A stretch of DNA of 64,000 nucleotides from Amoeboaphelidium protococcarum X5 (lineage: Eukaryota; Fungi; Aphelidiomycota): the NCBI GenBank assembly GCA_023515725.1, contig JALDTO010000155.1, positions 1,088,984 to 1,152,983 of the forward strand, given 5' to 3'. Positions 1 through 15,188 of this stretch are shown one piece after another. Both the position numbers and the translations under genes were made by a program. Position 1 is the first letter of the stretch. Each line of letters starts with the position of its first letter. Under the pieces are notes generated by a model, which searched no databases, was not told the origin of the DNA, and was given only the letters and a program-made list of their open reading frames with translations.

Positions 1-580
1 TCAGAACCACCACAGTCCTTTGATATGTTGAACTTTGTTAAATAAACCATACTACCAATTGATTGTACGTGCAGTACGTGATTCTGGTGTTATTAATGAT
101 CTATTACGGTCTTATTAGAGATAAAGAAGAGGCGCTTGAGTTCTGAAACAGAATGGGACAACTGTCTATGAAAGCGAAACCAACACCTGGATACAAAGCG
201 TTAACCATTCAAGTTGGTCTCATAATTGTTTGATCTTGATTGCAATTTTTAGTCTAGAATCTATGCTTATTCTTGATCCAATACTACTTATATATATATT
301 CAGTGAAGAAATGACAATGCCTTTGGTGTGAAACAATAAATTTGTCATATAACTAGTTCACTGCACTATGTTCGTTCCGATCTCTCCTGGCAATCACGTC
401 TTCTCAGGTCGGCTCGTCTACTTCTTTCCTTCCCTTCTTTCCTGCTAAGATCACAACTCACACACACAGCGATTCATCCCTCTCTTTATTTGAATCAATT
501 TACAACATCTCTCCCCTGTCGCTTTAATTGCTATCTGATAGCATTATATTAAATTGTTTAGTATCTGAAATTTCATTATT

Positions 581-1567
<987 letters not shown>

Positions 1568-2265
1568 GCGTGTACTTAAGTTGCATATTTGTTACACTAT
1601 TTGAACGAGCGAGAACTTGAGTATATGTCTGTGTGAACTGATTGAGAAGATGTGTAAAAATATATAATTATGCCTGTTATCTGATGATTGCTTATTTTCT
1701 TTTTTTGTATAATCATTCATTGCAGTTAAAGAAGTTGGTTATTGAAATGAAAATTGCGACTGTTGAGAATTAAATATCGCGACATCCTTTACAAGAAGCT
1801 GCGCAGATTGATAGCCTGTCCTCAAGCACGACCAACATCAGTGGGACAATGCTTCGGTGTCATTTAGTTGCACGATTGAGTATGCAGTCAGATGACAGCA
1901 GTTTGAGGCATTCACATACAAAACAAGAAACAATAATCACTCCAGTCTATTGCAAATTCGTATAGATAAAGACTGAGTACTGAAAAATGATGATATAGCG
2001 ATATTAGATCTCAGAGATTGAAACTATCATGTGCAGAGGTACAAAATACAACTGCATCAAATAGTGTGGATGAATAGAATCTCATCATAGAAACTAATAG
2101 AATTACATGTGTGAATATAAAGCATCTAATACTAGACGCGTTATATTGAGTACGTTCGTGTTTGTCCATCAAGTAATTTTTCTACTTTTCAGTAGAAAGA
2201 ATGGAAGGGGAATCTCGGCCATTGAAAATTTATGCTTAAAGAACGTCTTTAATCTTTACAAATAA

Positions 2266-2898
2266 TCATCTTGATACTGAGGGCATTTTAGTTTTCATAA
2301 TTTTACCAGGGACTTGAGATTGCACGTCTAGATGTTCCTACTCAACATTCTCAATCACAATCTGCGGCAATGTCGATCTAATCATCGATTCGCTGACGTT
2401 CTATCCCAAATGAAGCCGGTCACTGAGCCGATCATTTAAGTGATTAACAAGCATCTCCTAATACCCAGCATCGTGACTAGTGGGATCACTCTCAGTTATC
2501 TGTACCCAGTCGCTGGGAGGAGATGCCGGGGGACTGATGAGGAACATTTTATCATTCTCTGGTGGTATGAGATACCTTTCATACTCGCCAGGCTGTTCAA
2601 ACAACGCATCACTCACCTAATACGCCTTGATATTGGACTACTTTTACTCATTAACGTACTGCTTACATCGCTAAGCCTACTCGGTGTTCTGAAAGCATAA
2701 TAAAATTCTGGCAAATGATGTCAGCGGTGCAACTTCCACAATGGTAGATGCAACTTCGGGACTTAGCACTGAGAATTCCACCAGAGCTTATGCATAGCAT
2801 TCCGATACCTTTGATGTCCCATTGCGCTGAGTTTCTTAAGCATAAGCAAAAATTTCATCAGGTATATTTACCAATACTAGAGATTTCGTTTACTCCAT
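2266..2898 (-). CDS. RCN1: Calcipressin / regulator of calcineurin (RCAN family)
   Basis: With UAR=Gln, a 210-aa ORF containing FLISPPASPP, a PQIVIE (PxIxIT-like) motif and C-terminal KTKMP. Confidence 0.9.
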
Positions 2899-3014
2899 AT
2901 TCCTTTAAATAAATGTCCCACTGATTAAATTGTAAAATCCAATCACTCTTCCGCACGTAACGAGGAGAAAGAAATCGTAACATCAGCTCACCCGATTATC
3001 GACAGTAAAAAAGT

Positions 3015-3656
3015 ATGAGTAAATAGAGAATTGTGGTGCTTATATCAGGAAATGGAAGTAATCTATAAGCCATAATTGATGCAACTTGTAATCAGTTGAG
3101 TAATGTCGAGATTGCCTTGGTAATATCGTCCAAAGCGTCCGCTTACGGTCTCACGCGTGCCAGCGAGGCGGGAATACCTACAAAGGTACACTCTCTCAAA
3201 TCATATAAAGACAAGGGATTGACGCGAAGTCAGTTTGATAAAGACTTGGCAGATATCATACTCAACGTTGGCAATGTATAATTGGTGGTAATGGCTGGCT
3301 GGATGTTGATCGTATCGAGGGAGTTTCTGGATCGGCTTCAACACAATACTGATGTTAGCCCAACCGTCCCCAGAGTGATTAATCTACATCCAGCTCTGCC
3401 TGGTGAATTTAGCGGTGTTAATGCTATATAACGCGCATTTAGTGCACACCAAAGTGATCCTAGTTTGCGAAGGAGCGGTGTGATGGTTCATGATGTGATT
3501 GAAGATGTGGATATGGGCAAGGTTGTGGAAATGGAAGAGGTTGAGTTCATCAATGGGGAATCACTAGAAGATTTTGAATCTCGTATGCATTAAGCTGAGC
3601 ACAGAGTCATTGTCAAGGCGGTTCAGACTTGTCTATAATAATCAAGCACTAAATGA
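3015..3656 (+). CDS. ADE8: Phosphoribosylglycinamide formyltransferase
   Basis: IVVLISGNGSNLQAIID (Q encoded by TAA), AGWM, INLHPALPG, GVMVH, DMG; ends in TGA. Confidence 0.95.
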
Positions 3657-3713
3657 ATACTTATAAAACATACTTTAATTCTTTCTGTTTATACAGAGCG
3701 ATATATTTATTCA

Positions 3714-4124
3714 TCAACCGAAAATGTCCTTCTTCATATTTCTAAATCTATGCTTCAGAGACGCTGTCATGACTGGTATGAACAGAGACACTGAGCTGAT
3801 CTTTGACGAGCGCGCCTCATTCGACAACAGCGGATATGCTTCTCTGTGCACTGGACGCCATGATTGAGGCTAAGGATATTAATTGACATATTTGTTCTAA
3901 AGCACATCTTGAGCGTAATTAAATTCAGCTTTAAGAGACTGCGATTGTTCTGCAGATTTGACGTCACCTTTACTCATGCGCTAGATCCTCTTCTATAAGA
4001 AATCACGCATAGATCGACCTTCTCGAGCTGGCTCTACGGGCCATTTCTAATACAGCGAATTCCACTAATGTAATATCGGAATAGCCTTCTTCTCAAGTTA
4101 TGATGTACGCACTACTTTAGCCAT
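3714..4124 (-). CDS. Complex III assembly factor, UQCC2/Cbp6-like
   Basis: 136-aa ORF. KWPVEPAREGRSMRDFLQKRI and LQNKYVNQYP resemble UQCC2 [20 protein letters not shown] and NYYKHKYP. Confidence 0.7.
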
Positions 4125-4231
4125 ATTGATCGATGCTAACGATATATTGCAAAGACAAAAAAGATGAAGAACTAAGATCAAGCGAAAACAAAAACAAACA
4201 AAATCGATACTATAAATGTATTGAGTCACAT

Positions 4232-4731
4232 TCAAATCTCAGTTGGAACCAAGTCTACACATAGATTTGAGCAGTGAAAATCAATTATACACGCGTAATA
4301 ATCAAAAAATCTTACTTGCAGGCAGACTCTCCTTCAACTTGCCAACCTTCTCCTTATCAGTCAAGACCATGGTGAGCAGTTTCTTGCTAGTTCTCAACTT
4401 GAACTTTGTGTTTCTCTTATTAGTCTTGATGACAATAGATTTAGCATCAGGACGGCGCAGGGCAGTCAAAAAATCTTTCAATTCCAATACTTATTTAGGC
4501 TACACACATATATTTAAATGACAATAAGAGAATTAGATTCTATCTGTCAATAGTCCTCAGTCATCGGGCGCCGATCAATGTTGATCACGTAAACGCGTAT
4601 ATCAGAAGGAAGGCAGTATGGATACTCAACAATTGTAAATTCTGTCGTGACATTATCCATATGTCCTCATCATATAAATTATTAACATTGAACCACGCGC
4701 ACGACGACTGATTGTAATACGTACTTACCAT
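4232..4731 (-). CDS. RPL38: 60S ribosomal protein eL38 (introns 4728-4500 and 4315-4255)
   Basis: ATG-only first exon, then [25 protein letters not shown]...[14 protein letters not shown]...KLKESLP; canonical GT-AG introns. Confidence 0.93.
4598..4676 (-). ncRNA. Intronic box C/D snoRNA, probable snR52/SNORD83-type guide for 18S rRNA (yeast Am420)
   Basis: Box C ATGATGA (4673-4667), box D CTGA (4605-4602), TATA/TATA terminal stem. Guide CTGCCTTCCTT next to box D is complementary to conserved 18S AAGGAAGGCAG. Confidence 0.85.
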
Positions 4732-5268
4732 TTTATTCTTCAGTCTATAGTAGCTTATATTATGGGACAACGGAACGTGGAGGAGAGCAATTGACGAAAA
4801 ATTTGAGGTTTCTCTAAGGTTGATCGACGAGAACGAAACTTTTTACGCGCGAGCCGACCCTGCGCTTCATTACTGCTTTTATAAGTTTGTTAGGGGCTCT
4901 ATCGCGTATTGTAGGACTGTCATGACTTTTAGACTAGACTTACGAACTATATTTCAATACACTGATTTTATTTGTTATTGCTCCCGAGAAGTTATTTTAC
5001 GACTTTCAATTTACGGCAGTTGAATGTAAATCTTTGACGGAAGTTCTCGTGATTCTTTTTGTCCTCATTGCACCGACCAAGTACGAATAACAGTTGGTCC
5101 GAATTAGGCATAAGACTCGCGACTTGTTTCAAGTGGAAGTTTATGCTAGAGATTGAAGATATGTCTGCATTAATTGCTACTCAAAGAGAAAACATATGTT
5201 AGATAGTACTGTATGTAACTTTCCATTTAGTAAAAATTTTTATTGTTTCATCTTGATACAGAAGTCGA

Positions 5269-6443
5269 TCAATCTGAAGAGTCAGTTATACCTTCATTTT
5301 GAATGCTGAATACGGCTTCAGAGTCTGGTAGCATAGGACTATCATACACTTTCACGATACGCGAATCACCGCGACCTTTACGGAGGGATAGACGCGTGGT
5401 AGATGCATGCGCCATTATGTTTCCACCAATAGGCTTCTTTGGATCAGCATTGAACATGGCCATTCCACCGTCAACCTGCGCAACGACTTGATTCGTGATA
5501 ACCACCGCGACGCCAAATTCATCTGCCAGACGCAACAGACTTCTTAAGAATTTGGCCAAGTGCATCTGGCGAGCGGATAGTTCACCACGACCACTGAAAT
5601 CAGTTCGATACAGCGCCGTGGCAGAGTCTACAATGAGTAGAGCAAAACGTTCATCAGCCATCATTGCACTTGCTTGTATCAAGAGCTGATTCTAATGATC
5701 TGAATTGTACGCTCTAGCATACGCAATATTATCAAGACATCCTTCAGGATTAAGTCCAAATCTCTCTGCGATGGGGACGAGACGCTCTGGTCGAAAGGTG
5801 CCTTCAGTATCGATAAACAGACACTTCCCTTCAGCCCCGCCTTGATCAGATGGCAGTTGACACGTTATAGCTAGAGTATGACACAACTACACGTATCGGT
5901 TATTTAATCATAAAATGAAACTATTTTAAAACTTACTTGAGACTTTCCAGTTCTAAATTCTCCAAACAGTTCAGTGATACTGCCCGTTTCAATACCTCCA
6001 TTGAGTAACTTGTCAAACTCCTTACTTCCAGTAGAAATGTGCAATACATTTTTCCTTTGTTCAAACACCTCATTAGCACTTTGAAAGCCCATAGGAATGA
6101 TTTTGTGAGCTACTTTATGGAAATTGAAGATAATGCATTAGAGATGAGAGTCAGAGTTGACAATGCTTGAAATTTACCTTCATTGATGATTTTGTCAGCT
6201 TTAGCCTCACTAATACCTTTAATATTCAAAATGACCTTCTTTGGTGTATACGCAACTGCTTCCACAGTATGAAAACCAGCTTCAGCCAACTTTTTCACGT
6301 CAGCAGCACCAATTCCGCACTCCTACAATAAATATCAAATGGTGTTGTTGTGACGTAAAGATGGAATCACCGAATACCTCTAGTTTAGTAATTGGAGTAG
6401 GACCCCCAATTTCCTCTCCTTAATCTTCTTCTACCTGAGGCAT
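5269..6443 (-). CDS. RAD51: Recombinase Rad51 (three short introns)
   Basis: [61 protein letters not shown] (Rad51-type rather than Dmc1-type). Confidence 0.96.
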
Positions 6444-7080
6444 AGTTTATTTGAATTCTATTAAGGTGGAGTATATCAATAGTACAAGTATAGTACGTGA
6501 ATGTCGAGGAATAAGAGAGATAGAGACAGAGTTAATTAAGAGAGTTGAAGTGAAAAGATTCTGTTTCAGCTTTACGAACTTAAATGTTTTGAAACGCGTC
6601 GCCACTCTGCTGTGACTCTCACTTCAGATCTCAACTACTGATTGAAGATGTTTATACTACAGTATTTGTAGCATGAAACACTTCATCAACTCCAATTTAT
6701 GCCAGATAGAAAAAGTATACTATAAAGGATCCGTCAATTTTTGGATCAAGTGACAATTCGCCATCATTAGAGGGCGAGCCACTTTAGCCACAATTGCTGG
6801 ATAAAACTGTAGGAATCTGAATAAAGAACTGCTAATTATTGAGTATATTTTCCTTCACTTTCAAGATTCAAGGCGCAAGCGCCACCTTTCGATTAACACA
6901 GCAGTCGATCAAGTTGTGGCTGAGTACAGCCACCCGCCTCCAACAAAAACTACTCATGTAAAGCCCAACCATGAACGCGACAATTTCCCGTTATTGAAGA
7001 TCTATTGTCTGCAAAACTAAATCAACTAACAACAATAAAATCAAGATATTCATATTAAGTACCACTAATGATTCAATAAA

Positions 7081-8904
7081 TCAGTCAAATCTACTTCTGA
7101 ACAGAGCAATGTAATCGTCACATTCTTCTTGAGGTCTGAAATTCATTGAATTGTACAGATAAAGATTACGCTGTTGAAGGAATGCATATACGTTGTAAAA
7201 TGTCAGGTAATTGTCTTTGACTTTCACAGCCGCATTTAGAAAGTTGGCAGGAGCGATATTCTGCATGAGTCCATACTACTTAACAGCTTTGACCGCCTCC
7301 ACTACCTCGCAATTGTCCAGTAGCAACTGAACAACAAGATCATACATTTTGAGCCGCTTGTACATTTCAATTCCATATCCACGAAGTCTGGGGTGACGAA
7401 TCAGCAGATGTGCAACTTCTATAGAATCCCCAATGACACGATCGTTTATAAGAGACTATAACAAATGTACGTTTTCCATCTTAATGAGTAATTTAACCAG
7501 ATCAGTTTAGAGCTATTACATTACCAACTTATCCTTAGTGATCAAGAGAAATTCAACGGCGACATCCACAAGTCTATCCAATTATTTACACCGAGACATA
7601 AACACTGACCATACTGTCTCATAAAGCTATTTCTCTGTCAACTTAATGCGCTATTACCCATTCTCAGTGTTGTGAATAATCTTATAACGCGGGATTTAAA
7701 TACGAGTAGGCTTTACCAAATTGGGTACTACTTGATGTTAAATCTTCATCTACTCTATTATATTGACACCATCCAGCTCATGACGCAAAAGTTGTAACAC
7801 CAGATTTACATTGCCAAGAGAATCATCTGAGCACATTTTTAACAACTTGGTGGATATACTTGTAGACTAAACCAGATGAGATCTGCGAATTAAGAACTGC
7901 AATTATAAAGTATCATTCTTTAAGACAGAGTCAACCTAAGAGGTATCCAATTGTAATCTAAAAATCTGACTCATATTATTGTACATATACTGCTGGTATG
8001 CAAACCATTTGAGCTGCGAGTCGCAATTAAACTTTTGTTCAAATAGAACTGACCAAGAGATTGCAATATCAAATACCAGCGACTTGTTATTCTCAATACT
8101 ACTTAATACAAGCATATTCTCGTAAGAATTTATTACAAAATTTTCATATTACAATGCTTAAACGTCAACATTACTCAAGAATACCAAAACTGCATTCGTA
8201 GTATCAATGTAATAAACTTGAGCACTCTAATCCTTGATAATCATCAAAAAACTCCTCGAATAACAATAAAAGAGCTTCGTGTTCACAGGTGAAAGCTTTT
8301 ACTGCGTATTAATTACAATTTTAGACCACTGCTCAACCAAGCCATCTGTAGCATTAATGGTGAACAAAGAGACTGCATTTCCATGGCCAATGGTCAATAA
8401 AAGTCCTGGAACGTAGTGATGCCACGACACATCAGATGGAACGGATTTCAACGCCTTGTTCTAATTCTCCGCAATCTCAACATATTCTATTCCACAATTA
8501 CTAATAACAAGTAGACAGGCTGGATGCAGCCAGTGAAAGCCCAGAATTTCAATCATAACATTCTTCTTGGAGAACGCTGGTGTATGTGACATTATGCCAA
8601 CTTCTCTTACAGCAATTTCAATTCGCTATGAATCCCTGAGTAAAGCCAGCTTATTCAAATCCTGAGATACTCGCATATACGTCACAGTCATGGCATCTTT
8701 AATTGTAAATTCACTCTCGCGCTATTTCTATTATTATTGTTGTTGTTCTTATGATTACTATTACAATGGCTAATGATCTTCAACTACTTGAGACACTAGG
8801 ACCTTATCCAAGTTGAATACTTGTATAAAACAGCTGCCTTCCTCGTCGAAATGCACCACCTTGCATCCGGCTTGAGGTTCATACACTTGCTAACGACTTA
8901 GCAT
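7081..8904 (-). CDS. RMC1: Regulator of MON1-CCZ1 complex (Mic1 domain)
   Basis: 607-aa frame under UAR=Gln. C-terminus FLNAA...FYNVYAFLQQRN...F.PQEECDDY...F resembles RMC1/C18orf8. Confidence 0.8.
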
Positions 8905-9377
8905 TGTTATATAATAAATATTCAGACTTTTATTTAGTAGAACAGTGAGTGAAAACAGTCACTATTAGTAATAATGGCTAAACGGTAAAAGAAAGTTGAA
9001 AACGCGAGGGATGAGCATTGCAGATGATTGAGTACCCACAAGGACCATTGCACAATTAGAAGCGCGCGTACAGTAAGAGAATGGAGATGAATGCATTTTA
9101 TTTCATATAAGAAAAGTACATATTTTCAATCTAATAGATTCTTTTCAATTTTCTGAATAGTTGAATTTTTAACCGGTGAATCTTGACCCAATTGAGTCAT
9201 TGTGCGATTCAACCGTTACAGTGACATTTATATCATCTGATCGACGCAAATATGACGCACTTTTAAACGTGTCACAAAGGGATACGCAATATACTTGGAC
9301 TGACAATTTTTATCTTTTATTTTAAATCTTGACATTCAGTATCATACTTATCCATAGTAACATCACGAAATAGTTAA

Positions 9378-9848
9378 ATGGTACAGCCAGAAACTTAATA
9401 GAGATTGGATTAGGCTAAAGTTCTTGCTACAGAAGCTACAGATTACACGAAGGAGAAGGTTGAAAGAGGTGCAGCGGACGTGGCTAGAACATCAAGTCTG
9501 GTTGATCCCGTGCCTCATTACACTTTAAGCGGTGCATGTGCTCTGGGGTCCGCATATGCTTATACTAGACTGCGTAATCCTCAAGCCTCTATGATCAGTG
9601 CTCTGTGCAGTATTGGGTACCTCGCTGCCGCATAGTATATGAAGGCTGGACAAGATCGCCTGGCTTATGATATCGGAGCGCTGACTTCAGCTGTCCTGGT
9701 TGTGGCTAAAACACCTCAAGCTTACCGTCTGAGGGAGCCCTATAGCGCCGTGTTGGCTAGTCTGGGTGGTGTAAGTCTATTTACAAATGCGGTCAAGGGC
9801 ATTTAGATTCGAAACAGAAGACCTCGTGAATACAAGGCGCACTTTTGA
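9378..9848 (+). CDS. TMEM14-family small membrane protein
   Basis: 156 aa with Gly/Ala-rich hydrophobic helices (PHYTLSGACALGSAYAY..., LGGVSL), similar to fungal TMEM14. Confidence 0.65.
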
Positions 9849-10100
9849 TTAATACCATATGGTTAATACCATGGGACGGCTGAATTAGGAACTTGGCATT
9901 GAATTAATTAAATATAATTTTGCTCTTTTGATTAATCTGCCTTTGTATCAAACTCCAAAATTACAAAGTATTACGCGCGACTTTGTAACAAAGAGCATTT
10001 TCTCTTCACCTTTTACAGCCGATTTACTGTACATTGCTGATTAAATTTACATAGCACTGGGATTAGTTAGAATTGCGCTCATTTTAATAGATATAAGTCA

Positions 10101-11270
10101 ATGGGTAAGAAGTAAAAGCGACAATAAGCGAAATAGTGGTGTTGGTAAGTGTTCAATTGAAGCGTCATCTTACATCTATATACCATAATGATTTACCAGT
10201 TGTGTGTATGTATGTGTAGGTACTGCGATAGAGAATTTGATGATGAAAAAGTACTCATAGATCATTAGAAGGCTAAGCATTTCAAGTGCTCAATTTGTAA
10301 TAAAAGACTGCACAGCACTCAGGGAATGGTGCGACATTTGGAATAGGTACACAAGGAGGTTATCGATAGAGTACCGAATGCTATGGAAGGACGAGACTCG
10401 CTGGATGTGCAGGTGATTGGTATGGATGGGATCCCACCTCAAGATTTGGCTTTGTATCATCGACGATACTCTGAATCTGCTAGTAGTAATTCTTAATCGT
10501 AGCATCAAATGTACTAAACTTATCAGCAGTAATAATAGTAGCAGCAGCAGTAATTTTAACCAGATTACTCAATAGGCGCGGCTTATTCAGTTGGCAGCTA
10601 TGTTGTTGATCCGTATGCAAACGCGTATGCAGACTATTCAATGTACCATCATCATCATCATTAGTAATAACATTAGCTGTAGTAATTGTAACCAGCGTTA
10701 TAGTAATAATAGTAGGCTCATATACTTGGTGGTCAATAGCATTCCTCGTTCCAAAGCACGCAAGGTACGTCTATCAATGAAATTAATGGTGCGTAATAAT
10801 CACTGTACGCGTATGATCCCAACGTTTATACATAACACCAAGTGGCAAGTTCGGCGGAAGGAAGCTTGGTATCACCTTAGTACTTTGCACCTCCTACTCT
10901 TTAATCTCCGGTATATACTGATATCCATACACAATAGTAGTAGTCGGTGTCTTTGAGTAAACATGTAGGTTCAGGTATATAACAACCATCTACAGTCTCT
11001 GTTGATCAGAAAAGTGTTGCCTCTTTATATCAATCTGACGCGTTATAAACCTCAGTGTAAGAATTTAAACCCGCCACCAAACCTGCGGATTCTTTATAGT
11101 AAGTTATGTATTACATTAATGATCAAGACCTGTCAGTGGTAAGTTTACATTTGTGCGATGATAAGATTTTTGCGATTAAATTAAACTTTATGAAAGTGTA
11201 GGAGGAGTTAAAAAGTCTATCTAATAAGTACCGCCGATTTAGAAAGGCTAGCACCATTAGTAAGAATTGA
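10101..11270 (+). CDS. ZNF207: BuGZ/ZNF207-like zinc-finger protein (introns 10145-10219, 11139-11201)
   Basis: MGKK...WCWYCDREFDDEKVLIDHQKAKHFKC..C...QVHKE; Gln-rich middle; C-terminal DLSVEE. Confidence 0.9.
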
Positions 11271-11376
11271 ACTATTAAAAATCATCATAATAGAATAACT
11301 TTTGACTAAATGTAAGTGTATTTTTAATCCCTTGTTCATTTAAGTAACGATTTACTCGGCAGGAGTGTAAATAAGA

Positions 11377-12406
11377 TCACAGAGCAGAAGCACCAGTAAT
11401 AATATCCACCAAATCGTTAGTAATCGCAGCCTGACGAGAACGGTTATAAGTCATGGTCAACTTGTCGATAATCTCACCGGCATTCTTGGTGGCATTCTCC
11501 ATGGCTGTACGACGTGCTGCCATCTCGGAAGCGTGTCCCTCGGCCAGGGCCTGGAAAAGAGCATTGGCCATTGAGAACTCGGCATAGTTCTTCAGCACAT
11601 CATCTTCAATCTCGAACTGGGACAATTTCTCAGCATTCATGATGGTGTCCGGCGAGTAGACAGGCTTTGGGATACACTCATAGGAGATGGCACTCTTGAA
11701 AGTGTTATAGTAGATCTTGGCAAAGTCGAATTTAACATTCTCGTTCGACAGCAGCACATCCACCAGAGCAGCAGCCTCAGCAAAAGTTGGAATATTCTTA
11801 CCAATTCCATTGGCAGACATGACTATGGCAGTCTTGCTCTCCCTCACAATCTACATGCGCGGCTTATCACCAATGACGAATACCTACTGCTCAGGGTTCT
11901 TCTTCAACAGAGCCTTCACCGGCTTGGACACGGTAGAGTGGATGGCACCACACAAACCACGATCAGAAGTAGCAGCGATGACCAGAGTCTTTGCATTCTC
12001 TGGCTCCTTCAGTTCCATATGCTTGAATGCGCTGGTTGAACACTCGCCATACACGCGAGCCACCTCCATAGAACGCTGAGCGCGAGATAACTTGGTAGAC
12101 GCAATCATCTTCATGGACTTGGTGATCTTTCCAATATTCTTAATAGCCTTTAAACGCATCTAGACTACACATTGATTATATCATCATTGTAAATCGTATG
12201 TTATAATAATCATGCTGAAATGATAATATTACGTTCTTTCAAGGTGGCCATTCCGCGCTATTAGTTCAACACAGTCAGACTGCTAGTTCTACATTAGAGA
12301 ACTGTTGATAATATTAAAAATTCTATGTACATTTTTCGAAACTATAATCTCACCTCTGCAATGAAGCAGCACCAACTATTCCGCTTCTACTTAATCCACC
12401 CAACAT
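11377..12406 (-). CDS. ATP3: Mitochondrial ATP synthase gamma subunit (two 5' introns)
   Basis: MATLKE, KITKSMKMIA, SDRGLCG, RQAAITNDLVDIITGASAL. Confidence 0.96.
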
Positions 12407-12740
12407 AATAATATTCCAATTATGATCTGCTCTTTACTTTTAAGTGAGTAATGAAGACTTGAGGGAGTAAAAAAGGTTGAGATGGTCGTTGAAGGAAAGA
12501 TCGGGCAAAGTGAAAGAGCGAGAGGCAGACTGAACGACGAAGAGACAGACTGATCTCCCTCGATGGAAGACTACTTGGTCAATGATAACGATTAAGAAAG
12601 CGATTGAATTCCTACAGAAGCGCCAAAATTGGTTGATTTAATTTAGTATGGCGAGCGTTAGTGTGTCAAGGTAAATAGATACGCGATACGTTTCATTACA
12701 TAGGAAATTATATTATTTTGGAAAGTAGTCATAGCCATTA

Positions 12741-15014
12741 TCATAATCTAAACTTACTATCAGGAACAATTTATCGAGAGCACTCCTCTTGCAGGGCAGA
12801 GATAAACTTTTCCACCTTGTCCACGTCTTAACGAGCCATTTCGATAATCATCAACAACTTTTTGATACCAATGTAAATCTGGCCATCCAAATTGTAAGAC
12901 TGCAATCTCTACACAGCCTGTTGGTATTCAGCATCAGAGAATAGTTGTAAATCTTTGACCACGTGTAAAACCTCCTTAATGTTATTGATACTGGCCACCT
13001 TCAGTTCTGCATTGAAGCAGTCAGCCATATCCATCTGTTCCAAAAGGCCCGGCTGACTGGTGGTGGCTATGATCAACAATTTTCTATCCTTTGGCGGTTA
13101 TTTCTTGAGTAGAACCACCAAAGTCTACAGAACACCATTAGAGAATCTAGGACCAATTGGAACATAGTCCAGTAGTCGTTCAATCGAGTCAACGACAATC
13201 ACACTCATTGGACTCTTGTAAGAATCTGTGAATATTTTAGTAATGGCAGTCATCTTTGAATTCTCAGTGTATCCAACCATATTGTCAGCAGAGATCAGTT
13301 TGATATAAGGAAACTCACTAGCCATAGCAATAGTGGCAGCCAGAGCAGTCTTTCCACAACCAGCAGGCCCTTTGATCAACACACTGACCAATGGAGTTCT
13401 GGCACTCTTCTTCACCTGCTGTACGTACAGCTGACCATCAGTAAGGATCTTATTAACAGAATCATTAAAATGAATGATGCCATTCATAACACAAGCCTTC
13501 ATCTCAGCCTCAGAGACACCGAATGCTGGCTTCACTTCATCCAAGGCGTGCATAAAGTCATCTCTGCATATTCTCAAACTTTCAATGTCACTCTTGTCAA
13601 CATTGGCCAGGGATCCAACTTTGATATGACGATTGAAAGCAAATGAAGACGCACTCTTCACCAGACCGGCAATCTCTGCACCACTGTAATTCTTGGTCAA
13701 CTATGCCAGCTCCACCACGTCCACATCATCATCCAGAATATTATTCTAACGCATCTTGGCTGTATGAATCTTCATAATCTGCGTACGTCCCTTTTCATCT
13801 GGCAAATTCACCTCCATATGAACTTCCAATCTTCCCGGTCTCAATAGAGCTTCATCAATCATATCCAATCTGTTCGTCATACCGATAACCAGGATGTTGT
13901 TCAGCTAATCAACACCATCCATCTTACTGAGCAGCTGATTAACTATAGAATCTCCCACACCCGTTCCATCGTTTTTAGATCCACGCTGCTTACAAATAGC
14001 ATCAATCTCATCAAAGATTATGATATGCAAATCAGAGTTATCACCTCTAGCCTTGTACTCAGACTCGGCTTCAGCGAACAACTTTCTAATGTTCTCCTCA
14101 GACGCACCAACGTATTTATTCAAAATCTCAGGACCATTGACAATCTTTGGCTCTTTCGCATTCAACATCTTACCAATCTGCCTGGCCATCAAAGTCTTAC
14201 CAGTACCCGGCGGTCCATAGAGTAGTATACCGCGCACATGCTGTATGCCAAGCTTTTACACCAAGGCCGGTGGAAAGATACGAGATGCAAACGCACGTCT
14301 AAATATACCACTAAACTCTTGATCTAGACCACCAATACCCATATCTTCAAACTTGAAGTCTGGATTAATTATGGCTGAACCAACCGACTTACCACCCTTC
14401 AATCTAATGGACGACTCTTTATCTTTAACAAAAGTGATCTAAGTCTAATGCATCAAAACACCGCGATTACTACCAATACCATTAGATGCTGCAGACTATT
14501 ATGCGGAAGATTCCATTTTACCACGCTTCAGTGCGTCAATATCAACACAACCAACACTCTGAATGGTGGCGGCCAGATTGACACCGCAAAATTCAAACGC
14601 CATCTGCTAACCTTTAGTGAACACTTAATTACCATAATTGCCAATAAACACCTTGCTCATTTCGTTAGTATCAAATTCATCCTTGATGTCTAGCGTCTTT
14701 CTCAAGAATCCAATCTCAATACTCATCGATGCAAGATAAGCCTGGGAACCATCAGCACTAGGATCATATGGGGTGACGGACACAACTTCGCCAAGAGACA
14801 GATTAGCCCAACGACGATGGAATGAACTAGTTCCCACTTCACCAGGCGTACAGGTATCATCAGCCAGGATGGTGAACACATAGTCACCACCCTTCAGTGC
14901 CACATATTTGATATTACTGGTAGGAGGGTAATCGCTCTTGCTAACAATCAAACAATTGGTCAGAGCCAGTCTATCATTCGCAGCCTTATTAATTCTAACT
15001 TCTTTCGGAGGCAT
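12741..15014 (-). CDS. SEC18: Vesicle-fusing ATPase NSF/Sec18
   Basis: N domain plus two AAA modules ([34 protein letters not shown]); continuous 757 aa with UAR=Gln. Confidence 0.96.
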
Positions 15015-15188
15015 AATACTTCTGATGTGTAATGTAAAGATACTAGAATCTAGCTTTATATCGATATAAACAATTAATGAGTTTAAATAATGAAGAAACA
15101 GTTCGGCGAGATTATCTTTGAGATTAAAAATTCAACTTTGAAATAAGACATTCATAAACTTTTGTAATATAAACAACAAAGCTGTTAG

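Noticed and set aside
1747-1983. About 78-codon ORF between PP2A and calcipressin (similar ones at 1-280, 4920-5020 and 6650-6840)
   Set aside because: With a single stop codon, ORFs of this length arise by chance; no recognisable motif.
6594-6599. MCB-like ACGCGT upstream of RAD51
   Set aside because: Plausible, but the hexamer occurs at many unrelated places in the window.
12612-12757. Alternative last intron extending SEC18
   Set aside because: The unspliced frame already gives a normal-length protein, and the extension would run into the ATP3 promoter.
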